DNA of 64,000 nt from Octopus sinensis (taxonomy: Eukaryota). Shown piece after piece: positions 22,607 through 37,166 of this stretch. Position numbers and translations under genes: made by a program. Each line of letters opens with the position of its first letter. The stretch's first letter is position 1. Under the pieces are notes generated by a model that was given only the letters and a program-made list of their open reading frames with translations, made no database searches and was not told the origin of the DNA. The stretch lies in NCBI RefSeq assembly GCF_006345805.1, contig NC_042998.1, positions 23,312,001 to 23,376,000 on the forward strand, in the 5' to 3' direction.

Positions 22607-23332
22607 TTGTTTATTTGAATTCTTCTAAGTCTGCTGTTTCCATGGATTATGTTCTTCAGTCACACCACAACCATGGCTCTGACACGTGTTTTGCACTGTT
22701 AATCTTCTGTGTAAACTGGCAACGTCAGTGTTACTAATGAGAACGGTACAAACGCATATTTAAACAAACACAAACACGTACACAACGAATTAGAACAAAT
22801 AACGTCAGGTGGTAAATCAAATAAAGCCGTATTTAGATAAACAGTTATATTCAAATTAAACTCGCAAATGATAATCTTTTCTTTAATTTAACAATGTTTT
22901 CATAGCATAAATATAAATGCTAATTTGTTGCCAATTTCCTACCAATGAGACAATTTTATAATTGAATGATAAAAAGATATAAACGATGAAATTTTAAGCA
23001 AAGAAAAAAAAAAAGAAGAGAACTTTATTAGTTTCTGAGCAAATTATAAATTTTCGATTAAAAACAAAATATGCATAGAAAAAATTATGGCCATTCAAAT
23101 TTTGTTTTTTCCAGATAATTAAAACTGTTAAATATGAGTGGGCTGCTTCATGGAATACAAATTGGTATATACTGTATTTATAAGCTTACAGTTAGTGATA
23201 TTCCAGCTAACTTTCTACACATTGATGCTACTAGCTTCATTTGTAACTAGCTAGCATTTCAACTGACTCATTATTCTTTTAATAGTATCTAACATTGCCA
23301 GGTGTTCAACAAAAGGTGAAACAGGTCCAAAC

Positions 23333-23508
23333 TTAGTTTGAAGCATGGAATAAACTGCCTGCGTCAGTTGTTGACTGCCATGACACTGCATCTTTTAAGG
23401 CCCTCATGCTTTCCGAAATCCGCTGAAACTTCACCTGATTATATACACACTTTAGATGAGTTGTAGTGCACCTGAGCACTGTACACAATTATTATTATTA
23501 TTATTATT
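23333..23508 (+). mobile_element. CR1-type LINE 3' end
   Basis: Reads FEAWNKLPASVVDCHDTASFKALMLSEIR*, then a short UTR and (ATT)n tail; same family as 57090-57491. Confidence 0.8.
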
Positions 23509-24065
23509 AAAAGCCAATATATCAATGCACTTCAAGATGGACTGGATACAAATGGCCTTCATTACAAGATAAATGCATTTTAATATTGTTGTAACTCTCA
23601 GTTTTGAGTTCAAATGCCAAAGGGGTCAATTTTGCGTTTTATTTTCCCAAGTATAAAAGACAAGAAAAGAAGAAAAAAAAAAACAACTGGCAATATGTAT
23701 TTGAGTTAATATGACAATATGAATGTTTCCTGTTAAACTGATGTTGGAAAGGTTAAAAATAAAAATACCAGCTATTTCAACAAGCAAACTAAATAAAAAG
23801 AAGCCATATCAAACTTTGAACTAGGTTTCTTTTATTATTATCTAGATCTGATAACCAGTTGACCTAGCAAGTGAGACCTCATTTCAGTGAGGGGTGGGTA
23901 TGCAATGATGCCATCATCAAGAGGTAGGCCCCAAAATGGTGCAAATTCTCTCCTGATGACCCCCATACACTTGCTGGCTTCTGGTATGCAGAGTTTTTGA
24001 CTGGTAGCACTTGTATGTACAAGTTGTTTGCAAAGCATCTAAGCATTCAATATCAAATATGCTCA

Positions 24066-24700
24066 GGATGGCGAGCTGGCAGAAATGTTAGCATGCCAGG
24101 CAAAATGCTTAGCAGTATTTCGTCAGTCTTTACCTTCCGAGTTCAAATTCCACCGAGGTTGGCTTTGCCTTTCATACTTTCGGAGTTGATAAATTAAGTT
24201 CCAGTAAAACACTGGGGTCAATCTAATCGACTGGTCCCCTCCTCCAAAATTTTGGGCCTTGTGCCTAGAGTAGAAAAAGAATACTAAATATGCCCAAGGG
24301 CAGTGAGCTGGTAGAATTGTTAGCATGCTGGGTAATGCTTAGTAGCATTTCGCTTGTCTTTATGCACTGAGTTCAAATTCCTTTTGGGGGGTTGATAAAA
24401 TAGGTGTACCAGATAAGTACTGGGGTTGATGTAATCAACTTACCCACTTTCCCAAAATTGCTGGCCTTGTGCCATAATTTGGAACCATTATTATATATGT
24501 AGAGCTGACAGGATCGTTAGCATGTCAGGCAAGATGCTTGATGGCATTTCGTCCGTCTTTACATTCTGAATTCAAACTTTGCCATGGTTGACTTAGCTTT
24601 TTGTCCTTTTAGAGTTGATAAAAAAAGTACCTGTTGAGTACATCAACTGACCCACTCTCTTCAAAGTACTGACCTTATGCTAAGATTTGAAACTAATATC
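24066..24700 (+). mobile_element. Three head-to-tail SINE family B copies
   Basis: gagctgg(c/t)agaa..ttagcatg heads at ~24066, ~24298 and ~24499. Confidence 0.85.
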
Positions 24701-25691
24701 AAATATGTCCATTACATAAATTTTGAGATTATAATTTTCCTTCGCTTCATGGCTGCCTGATTATTTTCTTTTTAATCTTTTCTTATATATTTCAAAACTG
24801 GTCTACTTTATCTAATTTCTCAAAGGAAGGATGAGTCCCACCTAGTTTTAGCTTTTCCTAAATTAAATTATTACATTCGGATCCAGCCATTTTCAGGACT
24901 TCCATACACTTGTGGTTTTTTACTTAGTAACTTTGAAAACAAACTTTTTGTCATTTTATTTCAAATTGTTAGGTTATATGCACACACATAGACACACACA
25001 CATGTGGTGTGTGTGTGTGTGAGTGGATAAAAAAAATATTGATTTATAGCAGGTCTATTATATTTGTTAGAAACTATGTACTGAATAATAAATCTGATAA
25101 GATTCAGACTGTTTCTAACTTAAAAGTAATATATACATAACATACCAAAGTAATACATCAGTTACATGTTTAGTTTAAACTCAGGAATAAGCAGACGTGC
25201 CCCACCCGCCACAAAGAGGTTGTCATAATTTTCTGAGAGTTTGAGACATTATAGTAAATTTTACCATGCAAATAATCTTATTGCTCTCTTATAGACTATT
25301 TCCATTGCTGCTTTTTTTTTTTTTTTTTTGTCTTTGCATTAATTTCACATATACATGTATAAATTTACACACACACACATTTTTCATGTGTATCAAAAGA
25401 TTTAATAAATAATCCAAACTAATATCAGGAAAAACATATCAAAATATTCAATATCTGCTATTCTAACCAATATTTAGGTGAAAGAAATATATTTCAAATT
25501 TATAATACTTTAAAACAAATACTTCTGTTTCGTTTCATATGCTAGTATGAGCCATTATTCTTTATCATTTTGATTCATTATTTATCACAATAAAGGGTTA
25601 AGCAACTAAACTACAAATATTACAAAAAGAGGGGGGGGGAGGAATGAATTCATCGAAATTATATTATACTGCATAATAAAACAAATGGTTA

Positions 25692-26575
25692 GGTGCAGGT
25701 ATATTGGTGTAGCAAGAAGTGGTAAGAAGCTTCATTCCCAACCACATGGTTCCAGGTTCAGTCCCACTGTGTGACACCTTGGGTTAAGTGCCTTCTGCTA
25801 TAGCCTTGGGCCATCCAAAACCTTGTGAGAGGAGTCGGTGGTAGACAGCAACTGAAAGAAGCCTGTTGTGTATGTGTGTGTGTGAGGGCAGTGAGCTGGC
25901 AGAATCGTTAGCATGCCAGGCGAACATGCTTAGCGGTAGTTTGTCTGCCATTATGTTCTGAGTTCAAATTCAGCCGAGGTCGACTTTGCCTTTCATCCTT
26001 TCGGGGTCAATAAATTAAGTACCAGTTATGCACTGGGGTCGATATAATCAACTTAATCCATTTGTCTGTCCTTGTTTGTCCTCTCTGTGTTTAGCCCCTT
26101 GTGGGTAGTAAAGAAATAGGTTAAACGACGATGATGATGATGATGATGTATTTCCTTTGCTGTTATGTTCTGAGTTCAAATTCCACCGACGTTGACTTTG
26201 CCTTTCATCCTTTTGGGGTTGATTAAATAAATCCAAGTTACACACTGGGGTCGATGTAATCGACTTAATCCCTTTGTCCTTGTTTGTCCTTTCTGTGTTT
26301 AGCCCCTAGTGGGCAATAAAGAAATATATATGTGTATGTGTGTACGTGTGTGTGTGTGTGTTTATCTTTGTGTTTGTCCCTCACCACTGCTTGATAACCA
26401 GTGTTGGTGCGTTTACATCCCCATTACTTAGTGGTTTGGAATAAAAAGAGACCAATAGAATAAGTACCAGCTTTAATAAAAAAAAAAGTTAATGGTCTCA
26501 ATTCATTTGACTAAAAATTCATCAAGAAGGTGCTCCAGCATGGCCGCAGTCAACCGACTGAAACAAATGAAGGAA
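25692..26575 (+). mobile_element. SINE family A split in its (TG)n tract by nested family B copies (25886-26118, ~26151-26325)
   Basis: A head 25692-25885 ends in tgtgtg; B copies follow; the A 3' half resumes at ~26326. Confidence 0.85.
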
Positions 26576-26904
26576 AAAAATAATAAAATATAAATAAAAA
26601 TTAAAAAAATAAGATATACTGTAGACTCAATTTTTAGCTTGAATTATGTTACAAAGAATTTGATACTGCTTTAGTCTCTTTCTTGAAAATATATTGGTTG
26701 ATAAGTAGAACACCAAGTAGTCAGTTGGTTTTGAAATTATTCTGTTACATAAATATTTAGAGTTTTGGGAGAAAGTATATGCTTTTTACAAAATGCTATA
26801 GTCATCAGTTTGGTGGAGAGATAAGCAAGTTGTAAAAATTGGCTCAGGATTACCTCAATTTAATGCAATAGTTTCCCAAAACTATCAATTGTAATTGTCG
26901 TATT

Positions 26905-27354
26905 TGTTATCCATTTGTTTCAGCCATTGGACTGTGGCCAAGCTGGGGCACCATCTTGAAGGCTTTTTTTTTCCTTCTTTTTTTTTTAGTCGAATGAATC
27001 AACCCCAGTACTTTTTTTTTTGAAAGCCTGGTACTTATTCTGTTTGTTCTCTTTGGCCAAACTGTTAAGTTATGGAAGGTGGGGCATACACAAACCAATG
27101 TCAGTCGTCAAGCAGTGATAGGGGACAAACAGATACACAATGACACACAAACACCTACACACACAGACACACACACATTTATATACACAAACAACAGGCA
27201 TCTTTCAGTTTCTGTCTACCAAATCCACTCACAAGACGTTGGTTGGCCTGGGGTTATAGCAGAAGACTGTTGCCCAAGGTGCCATGCAATGGGACTGAAC
27301 CCAGACCTATGTAGTTGGGAAGCAAGATTCTTACCACACAACCACTCCTGCACT
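26905..27354 (-). mobile_element. SINE family A, diverged
   Basis: Ends ttaccacacaaccactcctgcac, the reverse complement of the family A head. Confidence 0.8.
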
Positions 27355-27397
27355 TTAAATATAAATAAGTATTTAATAAATAGAATAAATATGCCTT

Positions 27398-27775
27398 CAC
27401 CATCATCATTTAACGTCTGCTTTTCATACTAGCATGGGTTAGACAATTTGACTGAGGTCTGGCAGAGTTTCTACAGCTGGATGCCCTTCCTAACACCAGC
27501 CACTCAGAGAGTGTAGTGGGTGCTTTTTACGTGCCACCAGCACGAGGGCCAGTCAGGCAGTACTGGCAACGGCCATGCTCAAATGGTGCTTTTATGTGCC
27601 ACCTGCACAGGAGCCAGTCCAGTGGCACTGGCAACGGCCGCACTCAAAATTTTTTTCGCGTGCCGCCAGCACAGGTGCTAGTAAGGTAATGCAGGTAACA
27701 ATCATGCTTCGAATGGTGTTTTTAATGTGCCATCGGCATGGGGGCCAGCTTGTTGCTCTGGCCACGGTCTCACTT
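27398..27775 (-). mobile_element. Family C (RTE 3' fragment)
   Basis: catcatcatttaacgtc...ctacagctggatgcccttcctaac...gtgccaccagcac units. Confidence 0.85.
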
Positions 27776-28490
27776 GTATCCATATATTAACTATTGCCGA
27801 TAGACTAATATTAAGGTTTATTATGTTTAATCTAACTTTCAACTGAAAATTCTAACACTAGTAATTCATTCATCATGATATCAACCAGACTATTGGATGT
27901 TATACATTGCTGGTCACAATGCGCTTTCCATTGTTTTAGCTTTTGAATGATGCCACTCCACTGGCTTGGCAAGCAAGCCAGATTCATTCATACGTGCTTT
28001 TATTGTTTATTCTAAACCAACACACACATATACACAACTACATCAAGAAAAAAGAATATCGTGACTAAAAGTATCTAATTTAAAAAAAAGATACACATCA
28101 ATCTTATTTCAATTTATAAGCTGGAAGCAATTTTTTTTCTGACAGCCAGTAAGTTGTTTTAGATTAAAACAGATATCTGTTAACTTTGTGATAATGATGT
28201 CATTAGAAATCATGGCATTTCAGAACATCTGATTGCTAGCCCCAAATACAATACAATTATGCAGATGAGAGATAGGCGACCAATCTGACATAGGTAGTAT
28301 TTTGATAAAATCTAGTAAAGGTGAACTGAGGCACCTATAATTAAATACTTGCTCACAGGCATCACTAAATAGGTTGGCAGCTCAATATTTTATCTATTCT
28401 ACCATTTATCTATTCTGTCTCTACATTTATCTCATACCAAATGAGATAAAAAGTACAATAGTTGTCAGGACTAAAAGTTTATGGTTTTCT

Positions 28491-28548
<58 letters not shown>

Positions 28549-29583
28549 TTGGTGAAAGATTAATCTTCAAGACTTTTTACTTACGAATCAAGAACAAAAG
28601 AAGGAAAAACAAGAGATCAATAAGGCAGTAATCTAAACCCAAAAGTACCTTCACTACCAGATAAATCAACAATGATAATTGTCGAATGTAAATAAATATT
28701 AATGTTATTTTATGTGAGGAATTTTGTCCTCTCGAAGACAAATCTTATGGTAAAGATTTTTCTCTAGATTTTCTCTATTTGAGTAACTTAATAAAATCTT
28801 CATAAACAGTTTTACTGGTGTAATCACCTGAACTGCACCAGTCAAATTTAATTGTAACGCATGACTGCTTGTTGAAATGAAATAAAACCAAATTTCACAT
28901 AATATTCAACTGACTAATGCCAATACAATACAAAATGAATAACTTTGAGACAGAGAAATTTGGGCATTTCACAAACTGCAGCTTATTATGAAGTTGTGTA
29001 ATGAAAGCAACTAATCTGTATTATTACCAAAAGAACACAATAGCTGCTAATGTTTCCTGTTTAAGTATTCATGGCTGTGGTTGAATTAAGAATGTTTTCA
29101 AACATTTGTAATGGAAAAAGTACAGGCTTTAGATTACATTATCAGAATTCTTTTATTTTATTTAGTTATTGAACCACAGTAAGGGTCAGGCACCTCCTTC
29201 AAAGCTTTTTTATTTTAAATTCTATATACCAACTCCCACCCTTAGTACATCGTTTAAACTGGTACTTATTTTATTGTTTTATTTTGATACAACATAGTTT
29301 TTACAGCAGTCAAAATAAATATAGACACAGGGGGACACACCTTCACTATACACATACATTATATATATATATATACATATATATATATTTATTATGGAGA
29401 TGTACTTGCATATCAAGTGACCTGATCTGAGATCGTGTGCTGGAGCACGAAGTTTAGTCAGTGAACAGGTCGCGGTCTCAAAGTGACGAAAATATTTTGA
29501 CAAATTAAATTTGAATGTTGAAGTGAATCTAACGGTTTTTTGTGTTTCTTAAATGGCTTATAAACACCTTCCATGCTGCAATT

Positions 29584-29618
<35 letters not shown>

Positions 29619-31229
29619 GAAGGGCATCTAGTTGTAGAAACCATGTAAAAACAGACAATAGAGCCATGGGAAACAGACATTAAATGATGGTTACACACAC
29701 ACACAACAGACTTCTTCCAATCTCCATCAACCAAACCCGCACTCAAGGCTTTAATTGGCCAAGTAGTATAACAGGAGACACTTGCCCAAGGTGCCACGCA
29801 GTAGGGGTGGACCTGAAACCACATAGTTGGGAAGCTTCTACTATGTTCTGAGTTCAAGTGCCAATGTGCAAACTTCACATCCATGCCAGTGCCTTGCATG
29901 CCCTCATACACATACACACAACGTGTCTATGTAGTTTCTGTCTCCCAAATTCCACTCATAACGTACTGGTCAGACCTTATATAAATAAAACCAAAAAGAC
30001 CCCATCACCACCACCACTACAGTAATAATAAATGTCTACATTTATTATTTTATGGACACCATATTTTACGAACTTTGCAATAGATTTCCCCACTATTCAC
30101 AATTAGGAATCAATTATTCCGATCAACTCTAGATAACATAAAATATTATATTTCACATATAATAAATATTGATTTTTTTTTTCAATGATACATGGCCACA
30201 AATTTGATGAAGAGGTGTATTATTGATTTAAACTGCCCCTCTTCCTACAACCATGTAAACTGGTGCTTATTTTGCTGACCCAGAAGAATCAAAGGTGAAG
30301 TTGGCACATTGGGATTTGAACTCAGAACATAGTAGTAACAAAGCTAAATACAGTTAGGTTTCAGTTTACAGTTCTGTAATTTTAGCCACTAATACAACAC
30401 ATTAGTCAGTCAGTCAATGCAAAAATGTTACTGTAAATTGTTATTGTTAATACTCATCATCATCATTATCATCATTTAATGTCTGTTTTCCATGCTGGTA
30501 TGGGTTGGACGGTTTGACAGAAGCTGGCAAGCCAGAGAGCTGCACCAGCACCAACTGTCTGCTTTGGCATGGTTTCTACAACTGGGGTCAATCTTTCCCT
30601 CTATCGGCCTGTCTCTTTCTGTCTATCTGTGGTCTCTCACTCTCTCTCTCCCTCTCTCTTTCTCTGTCTTTCTTTCTGGAAGAAATTTGCCAGGTTCAAA
30701 ATGCTGTTAACACACAGTATATCGGAAAGGCGCCTCTATGCCTCAATAAGGAGTTTATGGCCTAACAGAAAGTTTACATATACATAGTACATGCAAATCA
30801 ATAATGAATGACTAATTCAAACACAAAAACAACAAATATACATTTACCATCATCATCATCATCATCATCATTTTATGTACGCTTTCTATGCTGGCATGGG
30901 TTGCAAGGGTCTTTCCAGTTTCAGCCTTAGTCTTTATCTGGAAATACTGTTCTACTAGGTAGGACAGAAGACCACATTTTGCTTTACACAAACATACACA
31001 CACACATCTTTGAGGTTACATATAAGAGGAAGAGGGCTCAATAAACGTAGTAGAGTACACTCATTTAGAAACAAATGATAATTCACTCCATCCCTACTCA
31101 GAATTCATCAGGTGTGATCATTCTCATTCAACCTTATTATAATGTGATTGCACCATGGCAAGAAATTGAGAGGTACTTTCTATATGAATGAAATTGGTAA
31201 ACTATAATGGCAGGAACTGTAGTTAATGT

Positions 31230-31529
31230 CCCTGTATCACTGTATCGACCAGGTTATCAAATGTCGTTATACACCACTGACCACAATGTGCTTCCTTGTA
31301 TTGTTATAGCTTTAGAATGGTGCCGCTCTGCTGGTTAGACAGGTGGGTCAACACTCCACCTGGACAGTATACCAGTCCATTGCAGGGTTCCCTATTTACA
31401 GCTTAATGGACTGGAGTAGTGTGAAATGAAGTATCTTGCCCAAAGACACAAAACATGGATGATCTGGGAATTGAAACCACAATCTTGCGATCGTGGTTGC
31501 AATATTCTAACCACCAGGCCACACCCCTT
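31230..31529 (-). mobile_element. D-related tRNA SINE with CORE-like block
   Basis: Minus: ggtgtggcctggtggttag...ggtttcaattccc...tctttgggcaagatacttcatttcacactactccagtcc. Confidence 0.7.
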
Positions 31530-33078
31530 CACACAGGTGATAGTTTCTATAAGTTCTCTTAATATTATCTGTAGAGAAAAAAAAAAATGAAACGTTGAAA
31601 AGAGTAACATCACCAACCATCAAATCCTCTCCATCATTCCTCGAATTGGAAAGGGTGGTGGTGGTCCTGCTCACTTGCATGACTTGCAAGGAAAAAGAAA
31701 CAATAACAGTTTGTTAAAAATCTGCAAAACACTTCATTATTATTCCGTTGTAGAACAAGAGTGATTGACATTTATTCTCAAGCCAGCTCTGTGTTATACA
31801 ACTGATTAAGAACAGCTGGCATTTCTCTTTCATTCAGTGTTGACATTTTTTCAATATACTAAGATTTTTCACCATAGCAAATAAAATCTGAGAATATAAA
31901 TTTATAATGATTCTTGATAATACTTAACCTAACTTTCTTTTTTTTTTTCCAATCAATTCCTGATACATAAACTATATTATATTCATGACTGATATTTCAA
32001 ATCATTCTGAATTATTATATCTTCGATATACACCTATGTGTCTATATACTATTTTTCAATATAACATAATTTCCAGTAAAAAAAAAATCATTATTTACAC
32101 CGCATAGAGTGAGATCTGAAATGATATTTTGCATACTCATTCTTAATACCTTTCAGCAGATCCGAACACAAAATACGCTAATTGCTGTTGGGTATGTCAC
32201 AGGAGAACAACTTCTTTTTACAACGACTGAGTGTCTGTAACACACTTGGCTTATTGGCCTTGATATATCCCAGTATACACCTACATATGAATATATATTC
32301 CAGTAACAACCACAATATGTAGGAAAATATATTTTTTAATATCTTGCTCATTATTATATTTCAAGAATCTTTCACTTATTCATTTTCAAGCTCTCTGTAG
32401 TTAACTGAATACCTGAGAAATGATTAAAAATATATTTACAATATTAAGGACAACGCATTGTCCAAACCATATTTTAAATCCTCGTTATCCATTTCATAAA
32501 TGCACACATACAAACATTCGCATACTTTCCTTTTACATACACACACATATACTCACACAAGAGTTGAAATGCTGTTTGATCTTTTTTCACCATAGAATTT
32601 CCATCATCCCACCACTAAATTTGCCATCACGCCTTCCTTCCTTATTCATCTATCACCTCTTCCTTTCTCATTCATATGTTGTTACAGAGAAAAACGCAAG
32701 AATATTATTATAGTAGATGATTATATACTGGTATCCATGTATGAATGTATGTATGTGTATGTATGTGCATACACATATATATTGGTATCTGTGTGTATGT
32801 GTATATATATATATATATTATATATATATATATATATTATATATATATAAATTAGAAAAAAAACACCTTTTATCAATTCAATAATGAAAAATTGAATTAT
32901 ACCATTTAGAAAAATTACATCTTATAGAAATATTAAATATAAGATAAAACATATAACAATGATTAAGTAATATGCAAAATTTATATATATATATATATAT
33001 ATATATTATATTTTGTGAAATTTGATTTAGTATTTCTAAACTGAATTATTCCCTGTAAGTTTGGAATAATATTCCATC

Positions 33079-33110
<32 letters not shown>

Positions 33111-33755
33111 CTGGTATCCGTGTATGAATGTATGTATGTGCACATACTGCACTGTATGTATGAGGAATAAGAGCAATCAATACGAACAAGTAAAGCATGT
33201 GTATATTTTTATTATAAAGAGGTTGTAACATCATTGTAACTAGGAGTTTCATGATATCGATGCTCACACAATGAAGAAAGTTTACTAAGTCAGTAAACTT
33301 TCTTCATTTTGAAAGTATTAGTATGGTGGAACTACTAGCTTTGTTTAAGTAGTGAATCAAGCAATAAAAAATATGTGTATGTGTGTGTTTAGGATATACA
33401 AATTTAAGAGAACAGTACACAATACATGTAATAGAGTTTATACATTCAAAGTTATGGTTTCACCTCATCATTGCTCTGAGTCACCCGTTTCTAAGAACAA
33501 AGGAAAGATGGTACCTATTAATCTCTATTTGAAAATACTTGGAAGAATTCTCTGATAAAAGTTTGATGTTGCTTACCTATCTTCCCCTAATAAATATCAT
33601 ATTTCATGATTGGTTAAAAACAAATGATAAATATCTTCAAGAACTGAAAGAGCTCATAAAGTTGATGTTTAGCTTTATATTCTTGAGCATTAAACCAAAA
33701 CCATCAGGCAGTAAGTTAGATGGGTTTAGCAGGAATGGAGTATATCATCATTTAA

Positions 33756-33962
33756 CCCTTTTGTTACCAACCCGGCTGAAACTGGTTCTGGCTCTGAGTA
33801 CAAATTTCTTGTTTCCATGAGTTCTGAATTAAAATCTTCCACAATTTATGTTCCTAACACCAGCTGAATGATAACTAAGTTATTTTACTAAATTCTTTGT
33901 TATATTTAAAATTAATTGAAAGAAACACAGAACATCTCAATAGAAATATGGTTACAAAAGGG
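33756..33962. mobile_element. Complete TTAA/piggyBac-type MITE (E1, 207 bp)
   Basis: TTAA-CCCTTTTGTTACCA ... TGGTTACAAAAGGG-TTAA (TIR 13/14 match). Confidence 0.9.
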
Positions 33963-35993
33963 TTAACAAATGATTAACTTAATGTCTTCTTTTCCATGCT
34001 TGCCTGGGTCAGGCGAAATTTGTTAAGACTGATTTTCTACAGCTGGATATCCTTTCTGTTGCCAACCCTCACCTGCTTCCAAGTAAGGTAATATTTCCCA
34101 ATGGCCTAGGAATAAAAATAACCTTGCTTTTATGAAAATGTTGCTCCTCTACATCTATCACATGATGTCTGGACAAGGGTACACACAAGCACACACACAC
34201 ATGCAATAGACTTCTTTCAGTTTCTGTCAACCAAATCCACTCACAAGACTTTGGTTGGTTAGGGGTTACCATAGAAGACATTTACTTGTCCAAGATGCCA
34301 TGAAGTGAGGAAGCAAGTTTCTCAACCACTCAGCCACGTCAGCTCTTACCATGGTAGATCGAAATAGATATCAATATCTGCTACACTAATGGTAATAGTT
34401 TCCACTAGCTAAAACATTTAACAAGTCCAGTACATTAGTTCTTAGTTCATTGGTAGTAAGCTGAGATGTAAATTTCTCTTTGATTAAGAGTGCCAAGTTG
34501 CTGCAAGTAACTATTCCCAATGATCTAGTGAGTGTTGTTCTTGGTTAGCCACTGGTCATTTCTGATCCAGTAAATCTATAATCAAAGGTATTTGAGCTGT
34601 GGTTATTTGGTCTTACACTTTCCAGGTACAGCGCACTCCATGCCGGCATGGAAAGCAAATGTTAAATGATGAAGATGTTCATATATTTTTTAAGTCGGTA
34701 CAGTGTGATTTGGAGGAGATTTGGTTACTTTTTCTTGCAGGTTAAATGACTGCATAGGGGTTCGCTCATTAACCAAAGTTCTAGTGGTTATAGGTATGTT
34801 ATTCTTGTATTGAATTAAGTACATGTAGAACCCAAATTCTGATACATTTACATGCGTCACATCAACTAGGTGTTGAAAATGATGCATGTAGAATTCAGTG
34901 TTCTGTCCAAAGACCAAACATTCTTGCACAGGACATTGATTGCAAATGAATGAATGCATTTTTCGGAGCTTAATGAATCATTTAATCATTTAATGTGTAT
35001 AATAAAACCATTTGAATAGAATATTATGGAAAGTGACAATAGCAGTAATAACAGCATCATTTGTGAAAGAAAGCTGACATTGAAATTTGCTTTTATATAT
35101 TGTTCCTGTTCAGTGTAGATCAAGAAGCACCCGTTTATCTCTAATTATTTGTGAATGATAACAAAACTTAGAGGTTAATATTATAATGAGTCAAATGATT
35201 AAAAGAGAGAAAAAAAAAGCTAAAAAAAATAACCCCTAAAAAAACTGGGGTTGTTATGCCTGTTACAATATTACAATATTATCTGAGACGTAAGTGGCCA
35301 ATAATAATAAAAAATCATTTTATGCCAAGGGAAAGATATATCACAGATAGCATGATATCTGGTGTTTCTATTCAGAGCTCCTGATATTCTAATAACATAA
35401 TTCAATAAAAGTGTAATGGCTGGTTCATAACAAGAAAAATGATATTAATAATAATAATGATGATGATGATGGTGGTGGTGATGACGATGATATTTAGAAT
35501 AATAATAATAATAATAATAATAAAATTACTTGCTGAAAACAAGTGCTTTCTGTAATTCTGGATAGTGAGTACGCTCACGCTCCTTATAGAATGAATATTA
35601 ACAATTCATTCCTTCAATGCTTTTAATTCGGTTAACACATAGCTAAGGGTTGATAAGGTTCGAGGCATTGATAAGACAGAGGTGTTAGGGGTATTGGAGG
35701 GACTGTGTTGATTGATATTAATTTGAGCATGGTCCAATATATTGGATGAGGTGAAAACAGTCATTATCGACTTTGCTTGCTGTAATTCTAGTGTCGATAA
35801 AGTAACTAACAATATATATATAAAGTAACTAACTATAAATATTTATAAAGTAACTAACGATATATATAACTAAAATTAACTTAACTGACTACTCACCATC
35901 CAATAGAAATTAGCCTTGTGGTTTTCTTGAAAATGTTCCAAAGAAAGTTTGGTCGAGAATGAAAGAATAATCGGATGGAATGTTTATGGATAG

Positions 35994-36394
35994 TCTTTTA
36001 CTTGTTTCAGTCATTTGTCTGTGGCCATGCTGGAGCACCGCCTTTAGTCTAGCAAATCGACCCCAGGACTTATTCTTTGTAAGCCTGGTACTTAGTCTAT
36101 CGGTCTCTCTTGCCGAACCGCTAAGTGACGAGGACGTAAACACACCAGCATTGGTTGTCAAGCGATGTTGGGGAAGACAAATACAGACACACAAACATAT
36201 ACACATACACACACATACACATATATACGACGGGCTTCCTTCAGTTTACGTCCACCAAATCCACTCACAAGGCTTTGGTCAGCCCAAGGCTATAGTAGAA
36301 GACACTATAGTAGAAGGTGCCATGCAGTGGGACTGAACCCAGAACCATGTGGTTGGTAAGCAAGCTACTTACCACACAGCCACTCCTACACCTA
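35994..36394 (-). mobile_element. SINE family A, full length
   Basis: Reverse complement of 22209-22606, with a small duplication (ctatagtagaag twice). Confidence 0.9.
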
Positions 36395-36599
36395 TAGTTT
36401 ATCGAGATTTATAGGTGAATACCTTTATAATTCTAAAGTAATGTAAAACCAGCTAACAAACAAAGGAAACCAGAGGAGATTGAAAATTATGAATGAAACT
36501 GAGGAATTCAACCAAAGGTCTCTATAAACGAAGGGAAAGATTTGGGTTTTACAAAAGATGGAAAGAAAGGTTCATTTACTCAGGAATGTTAGTTAGTTA

Positions 36600-36915
36600 A
36601 TTTTTGGCTCAAAAAGCAAAAAGCAAGGCCATGTAGGGGGACATGGAGTTATGAACAGGGTGGTGTTCATGTAAAGAGTTCAGGCCACTTGTGGTCAAGG
36701 CAGCTTATTCCACGGATCCACAACACAGACGGAGAAAGCCCCTCTCCTTCGATTGAGATGAAATCGTCGCAAATAGAGCTTTTCGGAATGACCCCGCAGC
36801 TGACACTCTGGAGCAGGAGTGAAGAACAGCTCTTTCGAGAGGTTACACTTTCTGCTTATGATGTTGTGAGCAAGAATGTATTTGCAATGTTCAGCCTTTG
36901 AAGGTGAGGTCTTAG
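36600..36915 (-). mobile_element. CR1-type LINE 3' end (second family)
   Basis: Minus frame YILAHNIISRKCNLSKELFFTPAPECQLRGHSEKLYLRRFHLNRRRGAFSVCVVDPWNKLP* carries the RGH..KL / FS.RV...WN.LP signature. Confidence 0.85.
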
Positions 36916-36960
36916 TTTTAGCAATGCTAAGTCCACAATTTGGTTGAAATTCCTAATTAA

Positions 36961-37166
36961 CCCTTCAGAATTCAGATCAATCTGTCAAATTTAACACTTA
37001 TTTATTCACACCGTTAAGAATTAATCAAACTGAGATTTCGAAGATGTGACTGTTTATCTTTGAGAATGATATTGCATGGCAGATGGGAGAAGCTGGATTT
37101 GGATGGTTTGAACATAAAACAGGTAGAATGTTGGGAACAGATACGGCTGGTTTAAATGTTAAAGGG
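36961..37166 (+). mobile_element. Complete TTAA/piggyBac-type MITE (E2, 206 bp)
   Basis: TTAA-CCCTTCAGAATTCA ... TAAATGTTAAAGGG-TTAA. Confidence 0.85.

Noticed and set aside
32157-32197. 35-nt plus-strand exon candidate (ctttcag|...tgg|gtatgt)
   Set aside because: No recognisable peptide and no independent support.
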